Part shown: positions 45,492 to 55,075 of the stretch, in pieces | Layout of the letters: the number at the start of each line of letters is the position of its first letter | How positions within the stretch are numbered: the first letter of the stretch is position 1 | Notes under the pieces: generated by a model | Told to the model about the DNA's origin: nothing | Database searches by the model: none | Seen by the model: the letters and a program-made list of their open reading frames with translations, nothing else | Position numbers and translations under genes: made by a program | IMG/VR virus record: IMGVR_UViG_3300032249_000628 | Coordinates: 6,970 to 70,969 of that record | Source of the DNA: a virus | Strand: one strand, 5' to 3' | Length of the DNA stretch: 64,000 nt

Positions 45492-46168
45492 TTGATATAA
45501 AGAGGATTATTTGCAAATGCCTTATCAAAAGTAATATTCTGATATACTGATCTGTGGGTCTTCAGTAGCTTTATAAAGATATTAGCTGAATCCTTAACGT
45601 CTTGTAAAGCGTCGTGTGCGTTTTCTTTACTTAGACCCATTCGTTCTCTTAGCGAATCCATACTTATAGACTTGATACTTGGATCGCTCTCTGTCCAAGC
45701 AAAGACATTATCCATAATATCTATCTTATATACTTTGCTAAATAACTTTTGTTGCTCACGCTCAGTATCCCAAGGTCCAAATTCTTTGCATAGTCTATTA
45801 ATAATATGCATATCAAATCCAATAATATTAAATCCAACTGGTATTGGAGCAAAGAATGGTTCGCCCTTCCAATTATACTGATCAACGAACTTTGTGAATT
45901 TGTTCCATACAGATTTCAATGACGGTGCTAGCTCTAGTTTTTCTTTAGTCTTGCCAGTAATTCTCAAAGCTTCATCTTGAATTGGATCAAACCCTGCCGC
46001 AATAGCCTTGTCATCGTCTAAGATGGGTTTAATTTCACTATTAAATGTTCCCTTAAGATTCAGGCTTCGACCATCTAATGCAATAGCTGCAATTTGTGTC
46101 GGCTGAGTCTTGTGTGGATTTCTTGAGCCTGTTTCAAAGTCAAATATGATATAATCTCTATTAGCCAT
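45488..46168 (-). CDS. dnaQ: DEDDh 3'-5' exonuclease (Pol III epsilon-like)
   Basis: ExoI DFETG, ExoII GFNIIGFD, ExoIII HDALQD. Confidence 0.88.
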   Translation of the reverse strand: MANRDYIIFDFETGSRNPHKTQPTQIAAIALDGRSLNLKGTFNSEIKPILDDDKAIAAGFDPIQDEALRITGKTKEKLELAPSLKSVWNKFTKFVDQYNWKGEPFFAPIPVGFNIIGFDMHIINRLCKEFGPWDTEREQQKLFSKVYKIDIMDNVFAWTESDPSIKSISMDSLRERMGLSKENAHDALQDVKDSANIFIKLLKTHRSVYQNITFDKAFANNPLYIK

Positions 46169-47768
46169 TTATTGTTTCCTTGTCTTTAATAAACATCAAT
46201 TTATCTAATAAAGAAAGACCAAGCACATCAAACTTGACATGACCAAGACTTTCTAAATCAGACATTTCTAGACCAGCTATCTTTTCAGATGAATCACGCT
46301 GATCCACCATTGGGCAAACATTGTACAGTTCGTGTTTAGATATAACTACGCCAGCGGCGTGTTTTCCTTGAGTTTTAAATGTTCCTTCAATCTTTATTGC
46401 TTGATCAAAATATTCTGCATAATCTCCAGATAATTTCCCATCTTCATCTATATGGCAGAAATCACGTAATTCATCCGCATTGTGAATTAAAGCCCAGCGA
46501 ATGATAGACCTATCTTCATCATCCATGTCTGCCAACTGATCTGAAATTTCAGCTTCATTAGGAATGCTCTTTGTTATAGCGTTCATTTCTGCAAAAGAAC
46601 ACGCCTCATTGATACGCAATACTTCTTTAATAGCACTACGCCCCTGTAGTCTACCAAACGTAATCATTTGACTAACATGATCGTTGCCATACTTATTCTT
46701 TAAATATAGTAATACATCATCGCGTTTTTTTGCTGGAACGTCCATATCAATATCTGGTAGTGAAATATGATCAGCACTATTTCTACCAGCGTTATAAAAT
46801 CTAGAAAATAGCAAATCGAACTCCAGCGGATCAATCTTGGTAATGCCAATAAGATATGATATCAGACATCCAGCGGCTGAACCTCTACCGGGACCAGATA
46901 GCCACCCTTGATCATTCACGTACTTTATAATGTCTTGAACGATTAGAAAATATCCAAAGAGATTAGCACCCTTAATAACATCAAACTCTTCTTTGAATCT
47001 TTCTAAATACTTCTCTTTATCTTCTGGCTTAGATACCTTGTCGCCGTCTATCAAAAGACCCTTCCATCCTACGCGACACAATTCTTTTAGATAATCTTCT
47101 TCTGTTTCCCCGTTTGGGCATGGAAATGCTGGTAGCATTGGCTTGCTAAGAATATCATATTCTTCACAACTATCGATGATAGTATTAATATGTTCAGCAT
47201 CTTTCTTAGAAGCTTCCGGCAGTGCTTTTTCAAAAGTTGACTTTGACCACACGCAAAGGTCATCATGTGTAAATTGATACTCTAGTTCTTTTGATAATTC
47301 ACCCTTATGAATTTGTTTATGAACTTTGGGTAAGGTAGTCTTTAATTCAGAACACAATAAAACCCTATGTAGTTTAGCATCTTCGCTATGAACATAGTAG
47401 CTAATAGGAAATAGTTTAGAGTTATTAGAAACGCTAATTATATTATTCTTTTTCAGAACCTTGTTAAGTATATCGCTAGGAACATTTTCACTCTCATCTA
47501 GAGAAGAAACTATCTTAATAAGGTCGAACCAGCCATCCTTATTCTTGGCAAATAACGTGAAGTCATCAAATGAACACCCAATAATGGGCTTAATGCCGAC
47601 CTTTTTACAAGCTTTATAAAAGCGCACAGCGCCAGATATGGTTTTATAGTCAGTAAGACCACAGGCTATATAGCCTTCTTCTTTGCACTTTTGTGCTAGC
47701 TCGTCTGGCTTAGAAAAACCTTTTAGCAAACTATAGTGTGTGTAATTTCTTAATGGACACCAATTCAA
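46161..47768 (-). CDS. dnaE: DNA polymerase III alpha, N-terminal part (degenerate PHP, palm, thumb)
   Basis: GPGRGSAAG, LPDIDMD, GKHAAGVVI, KFDVLGL. Start moved to TTG at 47768 after an AAGGAG RBS. Confidence 0.93.
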   Translation of the reverse strand: MNWCPLRNYTHYSLLKGFSKPDELAQKCKEEGYIACGLTDYKTISGAVRFYKACKKVGIKPIIGCSFDDFTLFAKNKDGWFDLIKIVSSLDESENVPSDILNKVLKKNNIISVSNNSKLFPISYYVHSEDAKLHRVLLCSELKTTLPKVHKQIHKGELSKELEYQFTHDDLCVWSKSTFEKALPEASKKDAEHINTIIDSCEEYDILSKPMLPAFPCPNGETEEDYLKELCRVGWKGLLIDGDKVSKPEDKEKYLERFKEEFDVIKGANLFGYFLIVQDIIKYVNDQGWLSGPGRGSAAGCLISYLIGITKIDPLEFDLLFSRFYNAGRNSADHISLPDIDMDVPAKKRDDVLLYLKNKYGNDHVSQMITFGRLQGRSAIKEVLRINEACSFAEMNAITKSIPNEAEISDQLADMDDEDRSIIRWALIHNADELRDFCHIDEDGKLSGDYAEYFDQAIKIEGTFKTQGKHAAGVVISKHELYNVCPMVDQRDSSEKIAGLEMSDLESLGHVKFDVLGLSLLDKLMFIKDKETING

Positions 47769-47807
47769 GATTATTCTCCTTCGCAAAACTTAAGAGTTCA
47801 ACTAACT

Positions 47808-47836
47808 ATTATACATCAATGCAACGGCGCTTACAA
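47808..47836 (-). promoter_or_regulatory. Sigma70-type promoter upstream of dnaE-N
   Basis: TTGTAA (47836-31), 17-nt spacer, TATAAT (47813-08), in an intergenic gap. Confidence 0.7.
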
Positions 47837-47848
47837 TACGAGCTAATA

Positions 47849-48079
47849 CTAATTTTGCTCGTCGTTCTGTTGCCTATCTGTAAATACTTTATCTAGTTTG
47901 TGGACAAGCCCACTTCCTATGTGCGTATAAAAACATGGTAAAATACCATGTATTATTAAATACGCCCCAGCCATGACGCACTCTAATCCATGTAATATTG
48001 CAAAATTCAAATGTTGTGAGTAGGTCATCTTATTTTCTGCAAGATGACCCACCCACCTATCATATAGTGTTTTTACCAC
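47849..48079 (-). CDS. Small membrane-associated protein (DUF6356-like)
   Basis: HLAENKMTYSQH…AG…IIHGILPCFY…GS pattern. Confidence 0.55.
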   Translation of the reverse strand: MVKTLYDRWVGHLAENKMTYSQHLNFAILHGLECVMAGAYLIIHGILPCFYTHIGSGLVHKLDKVFTDRQQNDEQN

Positions 48080-49104
48080 GATTTACACGCCCAATATCTA
48101 GCTTTCCACTTTGGGCCGGGATTATCACAATTATGTCTGGCTCTAAAGCTTTTTCTTCTTTCTGGAATATTTTTCTTGATTGTCATATTAGGATCACCAA
48201 AACGAACAATAACAACATTCCCGCTTTCATTCTTAACGTAAACTGCAAATTTCTTAGGACCATTCGATGTTCTAAATGGTTTATTTAGTGTTACTTTGCG
48301 ACCTTGATATTCTGAGGCTTCGCCTTTATAGATTAGGATTTTACCATCTTTTTCGTAATATCCTTTTCTTCTATATGTATAGATTTCTCCACTTTGAGGG
48401 TCTTGATATTCATAAGCACCCTCTTCCTCTTCCATTTTTGGTTCTTCTGTTTCAAGCTCTGATGGCTCTTCTATTTCTTCGTCGCTGGTATATTCGTCTT
48501 CGTACTTTCCGGGTTCGTAGTACTTAACAAAATCATAAACATTTTGAACATAAATTTCTGCCTTTGATATCATATCTTTTGTCCAATCTTGGAATTCAAC
48601 TGATAATGACATGCCTTTTAGCTTCATTACAATTTCCATCAATTGATCATGCATCTTTTGAATTTGTTCCAAAGCCATTTCATCTCCACCATCTGATTGA
48701 GCTTTCTTCCAAGATTCGGGGTCTGGACGATCTGGATCACCACGCTTTGCTGGCTTATACTTCTTTCCTAATCTTTCCTTCTTTTTCCTAATATTTTCCC
48801 ATAAACCGGGTTTTGCTACAGATACATCCCACTCTTCTGTTTCCTCGCCAAAATCTTCGTATTCTGCTTGACTTGGAATATATAGATTATCTTCTGTGAT
48901 TTCTTCTTCGTATCCAAATAATTCTAGCTGTCTTTCGAAATCTGCCGCCTCTACGCAGTCACAATCTGCCGTGGCTTGTCCAATACATATAGCCACTCTC
49001 TGCTTTTCATCTGGGTAATCTTTTTTCATTACCTCATTACTCATGCAACGAGAAACGAAATTTGTTTTATCTTCATCTTTATTTCTGCGAGGAATAGGCA
49101 TCAT
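48073..49104 (-). CDS. Modular protein of five short domains joined by acidic linkers; possible internal virion protein
   Basis: Modules PIP…FVSRCM…QRVAIC, PGLWENIRKKK, EMALEQIQKM…DW…KA..YV, YEYQDP…YKG, EYQGRKVTLNKP…RRKSFRARHNC…ARYWAC..W. Confidence 0.55.
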   Translation of the reverse strand: MMPIPRRNKDEDKTNFVSRCMSNEVMKKDYPDEKQRVAICIGQATADCDCVEAADFERQLELFGYEEEITEDNLYIPSQAEYEDFGEETEEWDVSVAKPGLWENIRKKKERLGKKYKPAKRGDPDRPDPESWKKAQSDGGDEMALEQIQKMHDQLMEIVMKLKGMSLSVEFQDWTKDMISKAEIYVQNVYDFVKYYEPGKYEDEYTSDEEIEEPSELETEEPKMEEEEGAYEYQDPQSGEIYTYRRKGYYEKDGKILIYKGEASEYQGRKVTLNKPFRTSNGPKKFAVYVKNESGNVVIVRFGDPNMTIKKNIPERRKSFRARHNCDNPGPKWKARYWACKSW

Positions 49105-49110
49105 TGTCTC

Positions 49111-49965
49111 CTAATTAAGTGTTTGTTGTATAGCAGCCTGTAAAATATTATCAACACTGCTAGGTGGTATTCTTTCGTAAAAATATTGCTTAATATCAGA
49201 TATCATTTGATGATTTGGGTCTTTTGTTATGTCTAACCATCCAACAAAATAATTCCAGATTCTATCTTCAAGTATTAATGGATACTTTACCCCATTAGGT
49301 CTACTAAAGCGATGGTTCCATCTTAGTTGTGGCAAACATATATTTTTACCACCCCACTGTCTAAACTTTGCTGCTATGTACCCTTCCTCTGCACCGAATC
49401 CTTTAAAATGAGGACTGATACCTTGCCAAGCAGATTTTTCAAAAGCTAACAATCCCATGCCTTGCATTTCGATTTCAAATGGTTCACCAGCATCGTATGC
49501 TGCTTTATTTGTTTGCCATGTGCCATACATATCGCCACTCCATTTTTGATCAAAATTGGTCGATATATTATGTAAATCATCATACCACAATGGGCCTTGT
49601 ACTAAGTTTTTACAATTAGGATTATGAGAAAAATAATGAAGAAGTGCTGATATAGCTTGTGGCTCTAATAATACGTGGCAATCCATTATAAGAATGTATC
49701 TTCCTTCGGCATGATCGACAGTTTTGTATTTATTGAAAGAGCTTGGAACGCCAGTATATGGTATATATTTACCTATTACTTGATTTTCTATAAAAGTTTT
49801 GCAAGCTTTACCGTGTTCGCTACTGGGATTTCCATCTAGTAGAACAAACTCAACGGCGTCAGTTTTACATATATCATGGTAAATTCTTAAAGCTTGGATG
49901 GAGAAAAAGACTCCATCATAATCATCATGGGTTGCCATAGCAATAGTAAGTAATTTATTTGACAT
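49111..49965 (-). CDS. GT-A fold glycosyltransferase (GT2-like)
   Basis: LTIAMATHDD, YILIMDCH, MGLLAF, FKGFGAEEGY. Confidence 0.85.
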   Translation of the reverse strand: MSNKLLTIAMATHDDYDGVFFSIQALRIYHDICKTDAVEFVLLDGNPSSEHGKACKTFIENQVIGKYIPYTGVPSSFNKYKTVDHAEGRYILIMDCHVLLEPQAISALLHYFSHNPNCKNLVQGPLWYDDLHNISTNFDQKWSGDMYGTWQTNKAAYDAGEPFEIEMQGMGLLAFEKSAWQGISPHFKGFGAEEGYIAAKFRQWGGKNICLPQLRWNHRFSRPNGVKYPLILEDRIWNYFVGWLDITKDPNHQMISDIKQYFYERIPPSSVDNILQAAIQQTLN

Positions 49966-49974
49966 TTTAGCCTC

Positions 49975-50994
49975 TTAGCCGGGAGCAGAATAAAATCCTA
50001 TATCAAAGCCTTTTCTGGTGCAATCTTTAATAGTTTGCTCCATTCCATTGTTTTTAAGGCTATTCTCAATATGTATACACATATTATCGTTGGTTCCCGG
50101 CCAGTTGTTCTTGCAATAGTGGCATAATTTGGTACATTTCCAATTCTCCCTATTCTGAGAAATAGGCTGCGGGGTATTGTTATTTTTAATATCTTCGAAT
50201 CTATTTTTCAGCATTTTAAGGAATTTATGCTCATCTTGCTTATCAAAACACATAGAGAATGGTCCTCCATCCTTGATAAAAAAGATACTCATAATAGACT
50301 GCTTATACTCTGGGAAAAGCTTGGAAATAGCATAATTATATAGCAATAATTGGGGATCAGAGCATAGTTTATCGTATGTTTTCTCTTCTCCGGTTGCCCA
50401 ATCTAATCTACGGCCAGTTTTCCAGTCTATAACCTCTATTATACCCTCTGAGGACTCTGTTACAAGGTCTATGGTTCCTTTTATAGCCAACTGTCCCTTA
50501 ACTTTTTGGCCGTTTATTTCGTATTCATAAAAAGCCCAATCCTCATCAATTGGTATATCAAAATGTGGTTCTGCTGCTACAATGTGGCGATATCTAGGAT
50601 CAAATTGACCATCATTATATGATAATGTGTTCCATACTAGGTCTGCACATCCGCTATGGTCGCCTTTTGTAAAATTATGCTTAGAATCCTTAGTATAAAA
50701 ATCAAAGCTTCTTTGTATGATTTCTTTCACAAAGTCATCTGTAAACAGTTCTGACTTTTTAGATTCTACTTTACCAAGAGCATCATCGGTCACAATTAGC
50801 TTATTTTTGTTTGGATTATCTTGATTAAACTTTTTGAGTTTTGCCAAAGTTTCCATTACTTTGTGAACTATCGTTCCTAATTCTGCCTTTTTACCACTAT
50901 CTGCTTGGTGTCCTAATACATATGTAATAAAGTATTGCATTTGGCAATACGCATAATTATTGTAACTTGATGATCTAATATAAGTAACTAGCAT
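49975..50994 (-). CDS. Cas4-like/AddB-type PD-(D/E)XK exonuclease with a Cys cluster
   Basis: N-terminal C…GTIVH, GTID, IDWKTG, QLLLY, C-terminal CTKLCHYC. Confidence 0.85.
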   Translation of the reverse strand: MLVTYIRSSSYNNYAYCQMQYFITYVLGHQADSGKKAELGTIVHKVMETLAKLKKFNQDNPNKNKLIVTDDALGKVESKKSELFTDDFVKEIIQRSFDFYTKDSKHNFTKGDHSGCADLVWNTLSYNDGQFDPRYRHIVAAEPHFDIPIDEDWAFYEYEINGQKVKGQLAIKGTIDLVTESSEGIIEVIDWKTGRRLDWATGEEKTYDKLCSDPQLLLYNYAISKLFPEYKQSIMSIFFIKDGGPFSMCFDKQDEHKFLKMLKNRFEDIKNNNTPQPISQNRENWKCTKLCHYCKNNWPGTNDNMCIHIENSLKNNGMEQTIKDCTRKGFDIGFYSAPG

Positions 50995-50995
50995 A

Positions 50996-51733
50996 TTATC
51001 TCCATATCCAAGTATTATTTTTTAGTTCTTCGCACAAGCCTTCTAGAGTAATATTGCTATTATCTATGACCAGATCAAAATTAGACCAATCAAAATTGTC
51101 TTTATCTAGGGCCACTTCTGGTTCCGATTTACTATCAAAAATATTTCTCGTTAACCTAATTACAATGCCACCAGCATCTTTAATTGCTTCGACTTCATTA
51201 GGAAATCTTACATCTGGAACTATAGCTATTTGAGATTGTTCGCTCAATATTCTGTTTAGAGAATACTTGCTCCAAGCATTATTCTTTATCTTTCTAATAA
51301 TCTTGGTGCCAAAATATTCTAGAAATTCTCTAACTGTCATGAGTCCGGTTTTGTTGTCATTGTTTGGCAGAGTATCCCAAGAAATATCGGTTAATTGATT
51401 TTTATCGTCATCATTACCATATACATGAATAGGATTGAGTCCAAACAGATTGATAGCCATTTCCTTAAGCGGATCAGCAAAATGATAAATCTTTATGTAA
51501 GGCCACAAGCCTATATGGGCATATTCTGTGAATTCTGAATCTTTTCTTGTTACATCGAAGACGCCGAATCCTAATTCGCCATTAGCATCTGTTGTTTGAA
51601 CAACTAGCTTTCCGTCGTTATCTATGTAGAAATCCTTCACCATCTCCTTACGATGAAGAACATCCCCATTGATATAATTAGCGACAGTGTTTTTACCGGA
51701 TTGTTTCTTACCCGATATTCCTATGATTTTCAT
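50996..51733 (-). CDS. Deoxynucleoside monophosphate kinase
   Basis: ISGKKQSGKNT, FADPLKE, REFLEYFGT, DVRFPNE. Confidence 0.88.
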   Translation of the reverse strand: MKIIGISGKKQSGKNTVANYINGDVLHRKEMVKDFYIDNDGKLVVQTTDANGELGFGVFDVTRKDSEFTEYAHIGLWPYIKIYHFADPLKEMAINLFGLNPIHVYGNDDDKNQLTDISWDTLPNNDNKTGLMTVREFLEYFGTKIIRKIKNNAWSKYSLNRILSEQSQIAIVPDVRFPNEVEAIKDAGGIVIRLTRNIFDSKSEPEVALDKDNFDWSNFDLVIDNSNITLEGLCEELKNNTWIWR

Positions 51734-52746
51734 GAATTAAATCCTTTGATTTGTGGCAATATTTTTTCTTTGACTTGATCTATGGACATGTCGCCAACAT
51801 CTTTGGCAACTAATTTTGGAAATGTTAGTTTGTACATTCTATTTAATTGTCTTTGAAGCTGAGTCTTTGATTCTCTACCGGCTTGGTCATTATCTGTTAG
51901 TACTATTATATGCGTGAGAGGCATTTTGTGTAATTTGTTTTCTTGCTCTCTACTAAGTGTTTTTCCAAAAAGGCTCATTACGTTGTGAATACCAGCTTCG
52001 TATAGCCTCCAAACATCGCCTTGACCCTCTACTAAAAATAAAGTCCCTGTCTTATTGACTTGCTCTATAGCTCTATGATAATTATAGAAAAAGTCGCACT
52101 TATTGAAACCCTTCGGATATATTAAGAACTTAGGGGACTTATATTCTTTTATAGTTCTTCCTATCATCCCAACTATATGTTTGCCCTCTTCGTCATGAAT
52201 AGGTATAACTGCTCTATCATACATCTTGGATGTTGAGCTAGTACAGTCACCAACGCCAAAGTGGTTTATGGTTTCTTCTTTGAAGCCTCTGCCAATAAAA
52301 TATTTTGATGGGTACGATAATTTTTCTATTTCTATTGGATCAGATGATTTTTTGTAGCTTTCTTCATTTATAATATCCACTAGCTTTGTGAATTCATCAC
52401 TGTAATTTTCAACTGGTGCTGGAGTTGTGGTTCTTTTAAGGTCTAATAAACCGCAGGCCCATTTAAGAGCTTGAGAAAATCCTACGTCGTGACCCTCTCT
52501 ATTAGAAAGTGTTCCACGTATTAGTCCAAAAATATCATTTCTATATTGATGTTGACAATCTCTAGTCCAGCATTTCCATATTCCTTTATCTACAGAAAAG
52601 GAGAAAGCCCTAGGATTATCGCTAGACTCATGAACTGGACATGTAGAATATATGTTGTCTCCAAAGACTTCACATTTCATATCTAGCTTTTCGAATACTT
52701 CTATAGCTCTGTTATTCAGAGTCTGTTTGATCTTCTGTAAGTCCAT
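51730..52746 (-). CDS. dnaG: DNA primase (zinc finger plus TOPRIM)
   Basis: CPVH…WKC…C zinc-binding domain; VEGQGD; DNDQAG; KDVGD. Confidence 0.9.
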   Translation of the reverse strand: MDLQKIKQTLNNRAIEVFEKLDMKCEVFGDNIYSTCPVHESSDNPRAFSFSVDKGIWKCWTRDCQHQYRNDIFGLIRGTLSNREGHDVGFSQALKWACGLLDLKRTTTPAPVENYSDEFTKLVDIINEESYKKSSDPIEIEKLSYPSKYFIGRGFKEETINHFGVGDCTSSTSKMYDRAVIPIHDEEGKHIVGMIGRTIKEYKSPKFLIYPKGFNKCDFFYNYHRAIEQVNKTGTLFLVEGQGDVWRLYEAGIHNVMSLFGKTLSREQENKLHKMPLTHIIVLTDNDQAGRESKTQLQRQLNRMYKLTFPKLVAKDVGDMSIDQVKEKILPQIKGFNS

Positions 52747-54187
52747 CTATATTTAGTTTTTCTAGAGTTTCGTTGCTAACTAATCCAGTATCACCAATTG
52801 GTTGATTTTTAAATTCATTGCGAGTTTTGAGTTCTCTCAGTTTAGAGTGAGAACCCTGCATCAACATATTTATATAGTCTCCATCGTCTAGTCCAGAGCC
52901 GTGTCTAGCTACGATGGGAACTAATTTGCGATTTCCAGCATTTGGACCATCTTCTGCCAATTCTTCTGGAGATTTGATTTTGAAGATAGTGAAAGATGTA
53001 CATAGCCAAATTAATCTATCTGATCCGCTAACAGCGTCAGTACTTTCTTTAGTTATACCATCACGATTTAATTGCACGAATGATAAACATGGTATATCTA
53101 GCTTTACGCAAAGATTATGCAAAGAAGTAATTTGAAAACCTAATGCTTGATATTCTTGAATATTATTGGTAATAGAACTAGAAGACATCAATTTCAAATA
53201 GTCATAAATGATAACGCAGTCATTTGTTTTCCCGCTAGAATCTGTTTTTACTTCTTGCATTACCCATCTTTTAATGAGATTTAGAATTTGTTCGAAAGGC
53301 TTTCCTGCTACACTGATGTAACTATAAGGTAAGGATTCTAGCTTTTTCATAGCTTCGACTACCTTTTCATGTTTTTCTTCGTCATCTATAAATCTGCCAG
53401 TAGCAATTTCGTTAATTGGAACGCCACTAATGTTAGCGAGTAATCTGTTTAAATGATCTTCCTTGCTCATTTCTGTATCAAGCATAAGAACAGGATATCC
53501 TTTGATGGCAACATTGAGAGCAACATTGTCACCAAAAACGCTTTTGCCAACCTTGGGTCTAGCGGCAATAAGATCAACACATTTTCTTCTAAGACCTCCA
53601 CCGATAGCTTCATCAAATCGTGTAAACCCAGTGGGAATCCCTATAATATCGCACTTATTGTTTTCTAGGAACTCAATATACTGTTTTATATCCTTGCCGA
53701 TCTTTTCTGGATTTTCTGCACCATCATCTTCTCTTAGAAATTCCGTTACTGGATTCTCTAGTATTTGAATAATGTCATTGATAGATTCTGTACCAGTAAC
53801 ATCATCAATATCTTTATGAATTTTAGCGGTGAGTTTTTTAATTTTACGAGCAAATTCAAACTTTTTAAGTTGTATTCCAAAACTGAATATATTTTCTCTG
53901 CTGATGGGAAAATCTAAGAGTGACTTTATATATTTTAACTCTTGAGGAGTGTTCACAGAATCATAGATATTTAACTGTGATGCAGCAGCCAATATAGCTG
54001 GAATATCGACCTTTTGCTCATTATTTATAACCCTATCTATGCACTTAAATAGAATTTGGTTATTAGCATGACCAAATGAATCAATAGTTATAAGATCAGA
54101 TACTGTTACATATCCGTCTATGCCGTGCTGCATTATGCCCGCTAATACTGCACGTTCAGCACCTATGTCTGTTAGTTTGCTATCCAT
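52712..54187 (-). CDS. dnaB: Replicative DNA helicase DnaB
   Basis: AERAVLAG N-terminus, GIPTGF, ARPKVGKS, IIYDYL, QLNR. Start moved to ATG 54187 (MDSKLTD), just after the stop of the upstream gene. Confidence 0.92.
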   Translation of the reverse strand: MDSKLTDIGAERAVLAGIMQHGIDGYVTVSDLITIDSFGHANNQILFKCIDRVINNEQKVDIPAILAAASQLNIYDSVNTPQELKYIKSLLDFPISRENIFSFGIQLKKFEFARKIKKLTAKIHKDIDDVTGTESINDIIQILENPVTEFLREDDGAENPEKIGKDIKQYIEFLENNKCDIIGIPTGFTRFDEAIGGGLRRKCVDLIAARPKVGKSVFGDNVALNVAIKGYPVLMLDTEMSKEDHLNRLLANISGVPINEIATGRFIDDEEKHEKVVEAMKKLESLPYSYISVAGKPFEQILNLIKRWVMQEVKTDSSGKTNDCVIIYDYLKLMSSSSITNNIQEYQALGFQITSLHNLCVKLDIPCLSFVQLNRDGITKESTDAVSGSDRLIWLCTSFTIFKIKSPEELAEDGPNAGNRKLVPIVARHGSGLDDGDYINMLMQGSHSKLRELKTRNEFKNQPIGDTGLVSNETLEKLNIDGLTEDQTDSE

Positions 54188-54188
54188 A

Positions 54189-54596
54189 TTATTTGCCGAC
54201 GCACCTACTGCATCGATGATATTCTCCATAAATGTATCTTGGATCGGTCTTGAATGATCTTCCACAAACACTGCACTCAACATCTATTTTCTTTTGTGGT
54301 TGTCGATTTCGTGGGGTTTTTTCACCATAATTAGTTTCGATATCTCTAAACTCCCCCTCGTCTTTCCACTCATTCTTTTTGGCTCTCACGGGTTCTCTTC
54401 TCCTGCTATTCGATGAAGTATCTTCTGTCTTTGTAACTATAAAATTATCACTGACAGTGACAGAATTCTGTCGTGATTTAGTTTTCTGTGGTGGCTTTGT
54501 GGTGGCTGGCTTCTTTGTGTCTTGCGACAAAGCGGCCATAAACTTAGCCTTTTGTTCATCAGTCAATGATGCTACGAAATCATTAAAATCGGTCAT
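54189..54596 (-). CDS. Hypothetical protein with a C-terminal zinc ribbon
   Basis: CSVC…CSRC; disordered basic middle region. Confidence 0.65.
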   Translation of the reverse strand: MTDFNDFVASLTDEQKAKFMAALSQDTKKPATTKPPQKTKSRQNSVTVSDNFIVTKTEDTSSNSRRREPVRAKKNEWKDEGEFRDIETNYGEKTPRNRQPQKKIDVECSVCGRSFKTDPRYIYGEYHRCSRCVGK

Positions 54597-55075
54597 TGTC
54601 GTTTTCCTTTCTCTAGCAGAATATCTGCTTTTCTCTTTAGCTCATAAACCTTACCATCTAATAGATTCAGTCTAGCTTCCGCTACTTCCCTCATATTTTC
54701 TAATGACGCCGCATAAGAATTATTGTGAGCCAAAATATGTTTTTTAGACTCATGCTTAGTGTATTGAGGAAAATCATTTTGATATTTGACTATAAGCTTT
54801 TCCATTTGATCGTTACACCAGCTTAAAGCTACCTTATTTTTATTAATCTCATCTTGAATATATGTTGCATATCCGTACATTAAATATGCGGCATCAAATA
54901 ATTCCTGCTGTGTTAGCTTTTTAAGCTGATCCATCGATAAGTCCGAAACCAGTAAATACTCTTCTCTAAAAGATGAGAATTTTGTGTTACTACTATTTAT
55001 ATAGTTATTGATAGACTCAATGTGTTCTGCTAATCTGTCAGACGCTTTTAATTCTTTGTCGCCACTCATCATCAC
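54593..55075 (-). CDS. Coiled-coil protein, possibly a recombination mediator (UvsY-like)
   Basis: Long helical heptad pattern; located in the recA-dnaB block. Function inferred from position only. Confidence 0.3.
   Translation of the reverse strand: MMMSGDKELKASDRLAEHIESINNYINSSNTKFSSFREEYLLVSDLSMDQLKKLTQQELFDAAYLMYGYATYIQDEINKNKVALSWCNDQMEKLIVKYQNDFPQYTKHESKKHILAHNNSYAASLENMREVAEARLNLLDGKVYELKRKADILLEKGKRQ

Noticed and set aside
45100-46200. Split intein at the DnaE break
   Set aside because: No Hint block A/B at the end of DnaE-N and no HN-[CST] near the start of DnaE-C.
49975-50994. Cas4-like gene as a sign of a CRISPR system
   Set aside because: No repeat-spacer array or other cas gene was seen; solo Cas4-like nucleases are common in phage replication modules.
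54188-54283. N-terminal extension of DnaB in the ORF track (similar extensions for fkbM, dnaE-N and the 567-aa GT)
   Set aside because: The extensions overlap upstream genes or lack an RBS; downstream starts fit the RBS, gene packing and family N-termini better.
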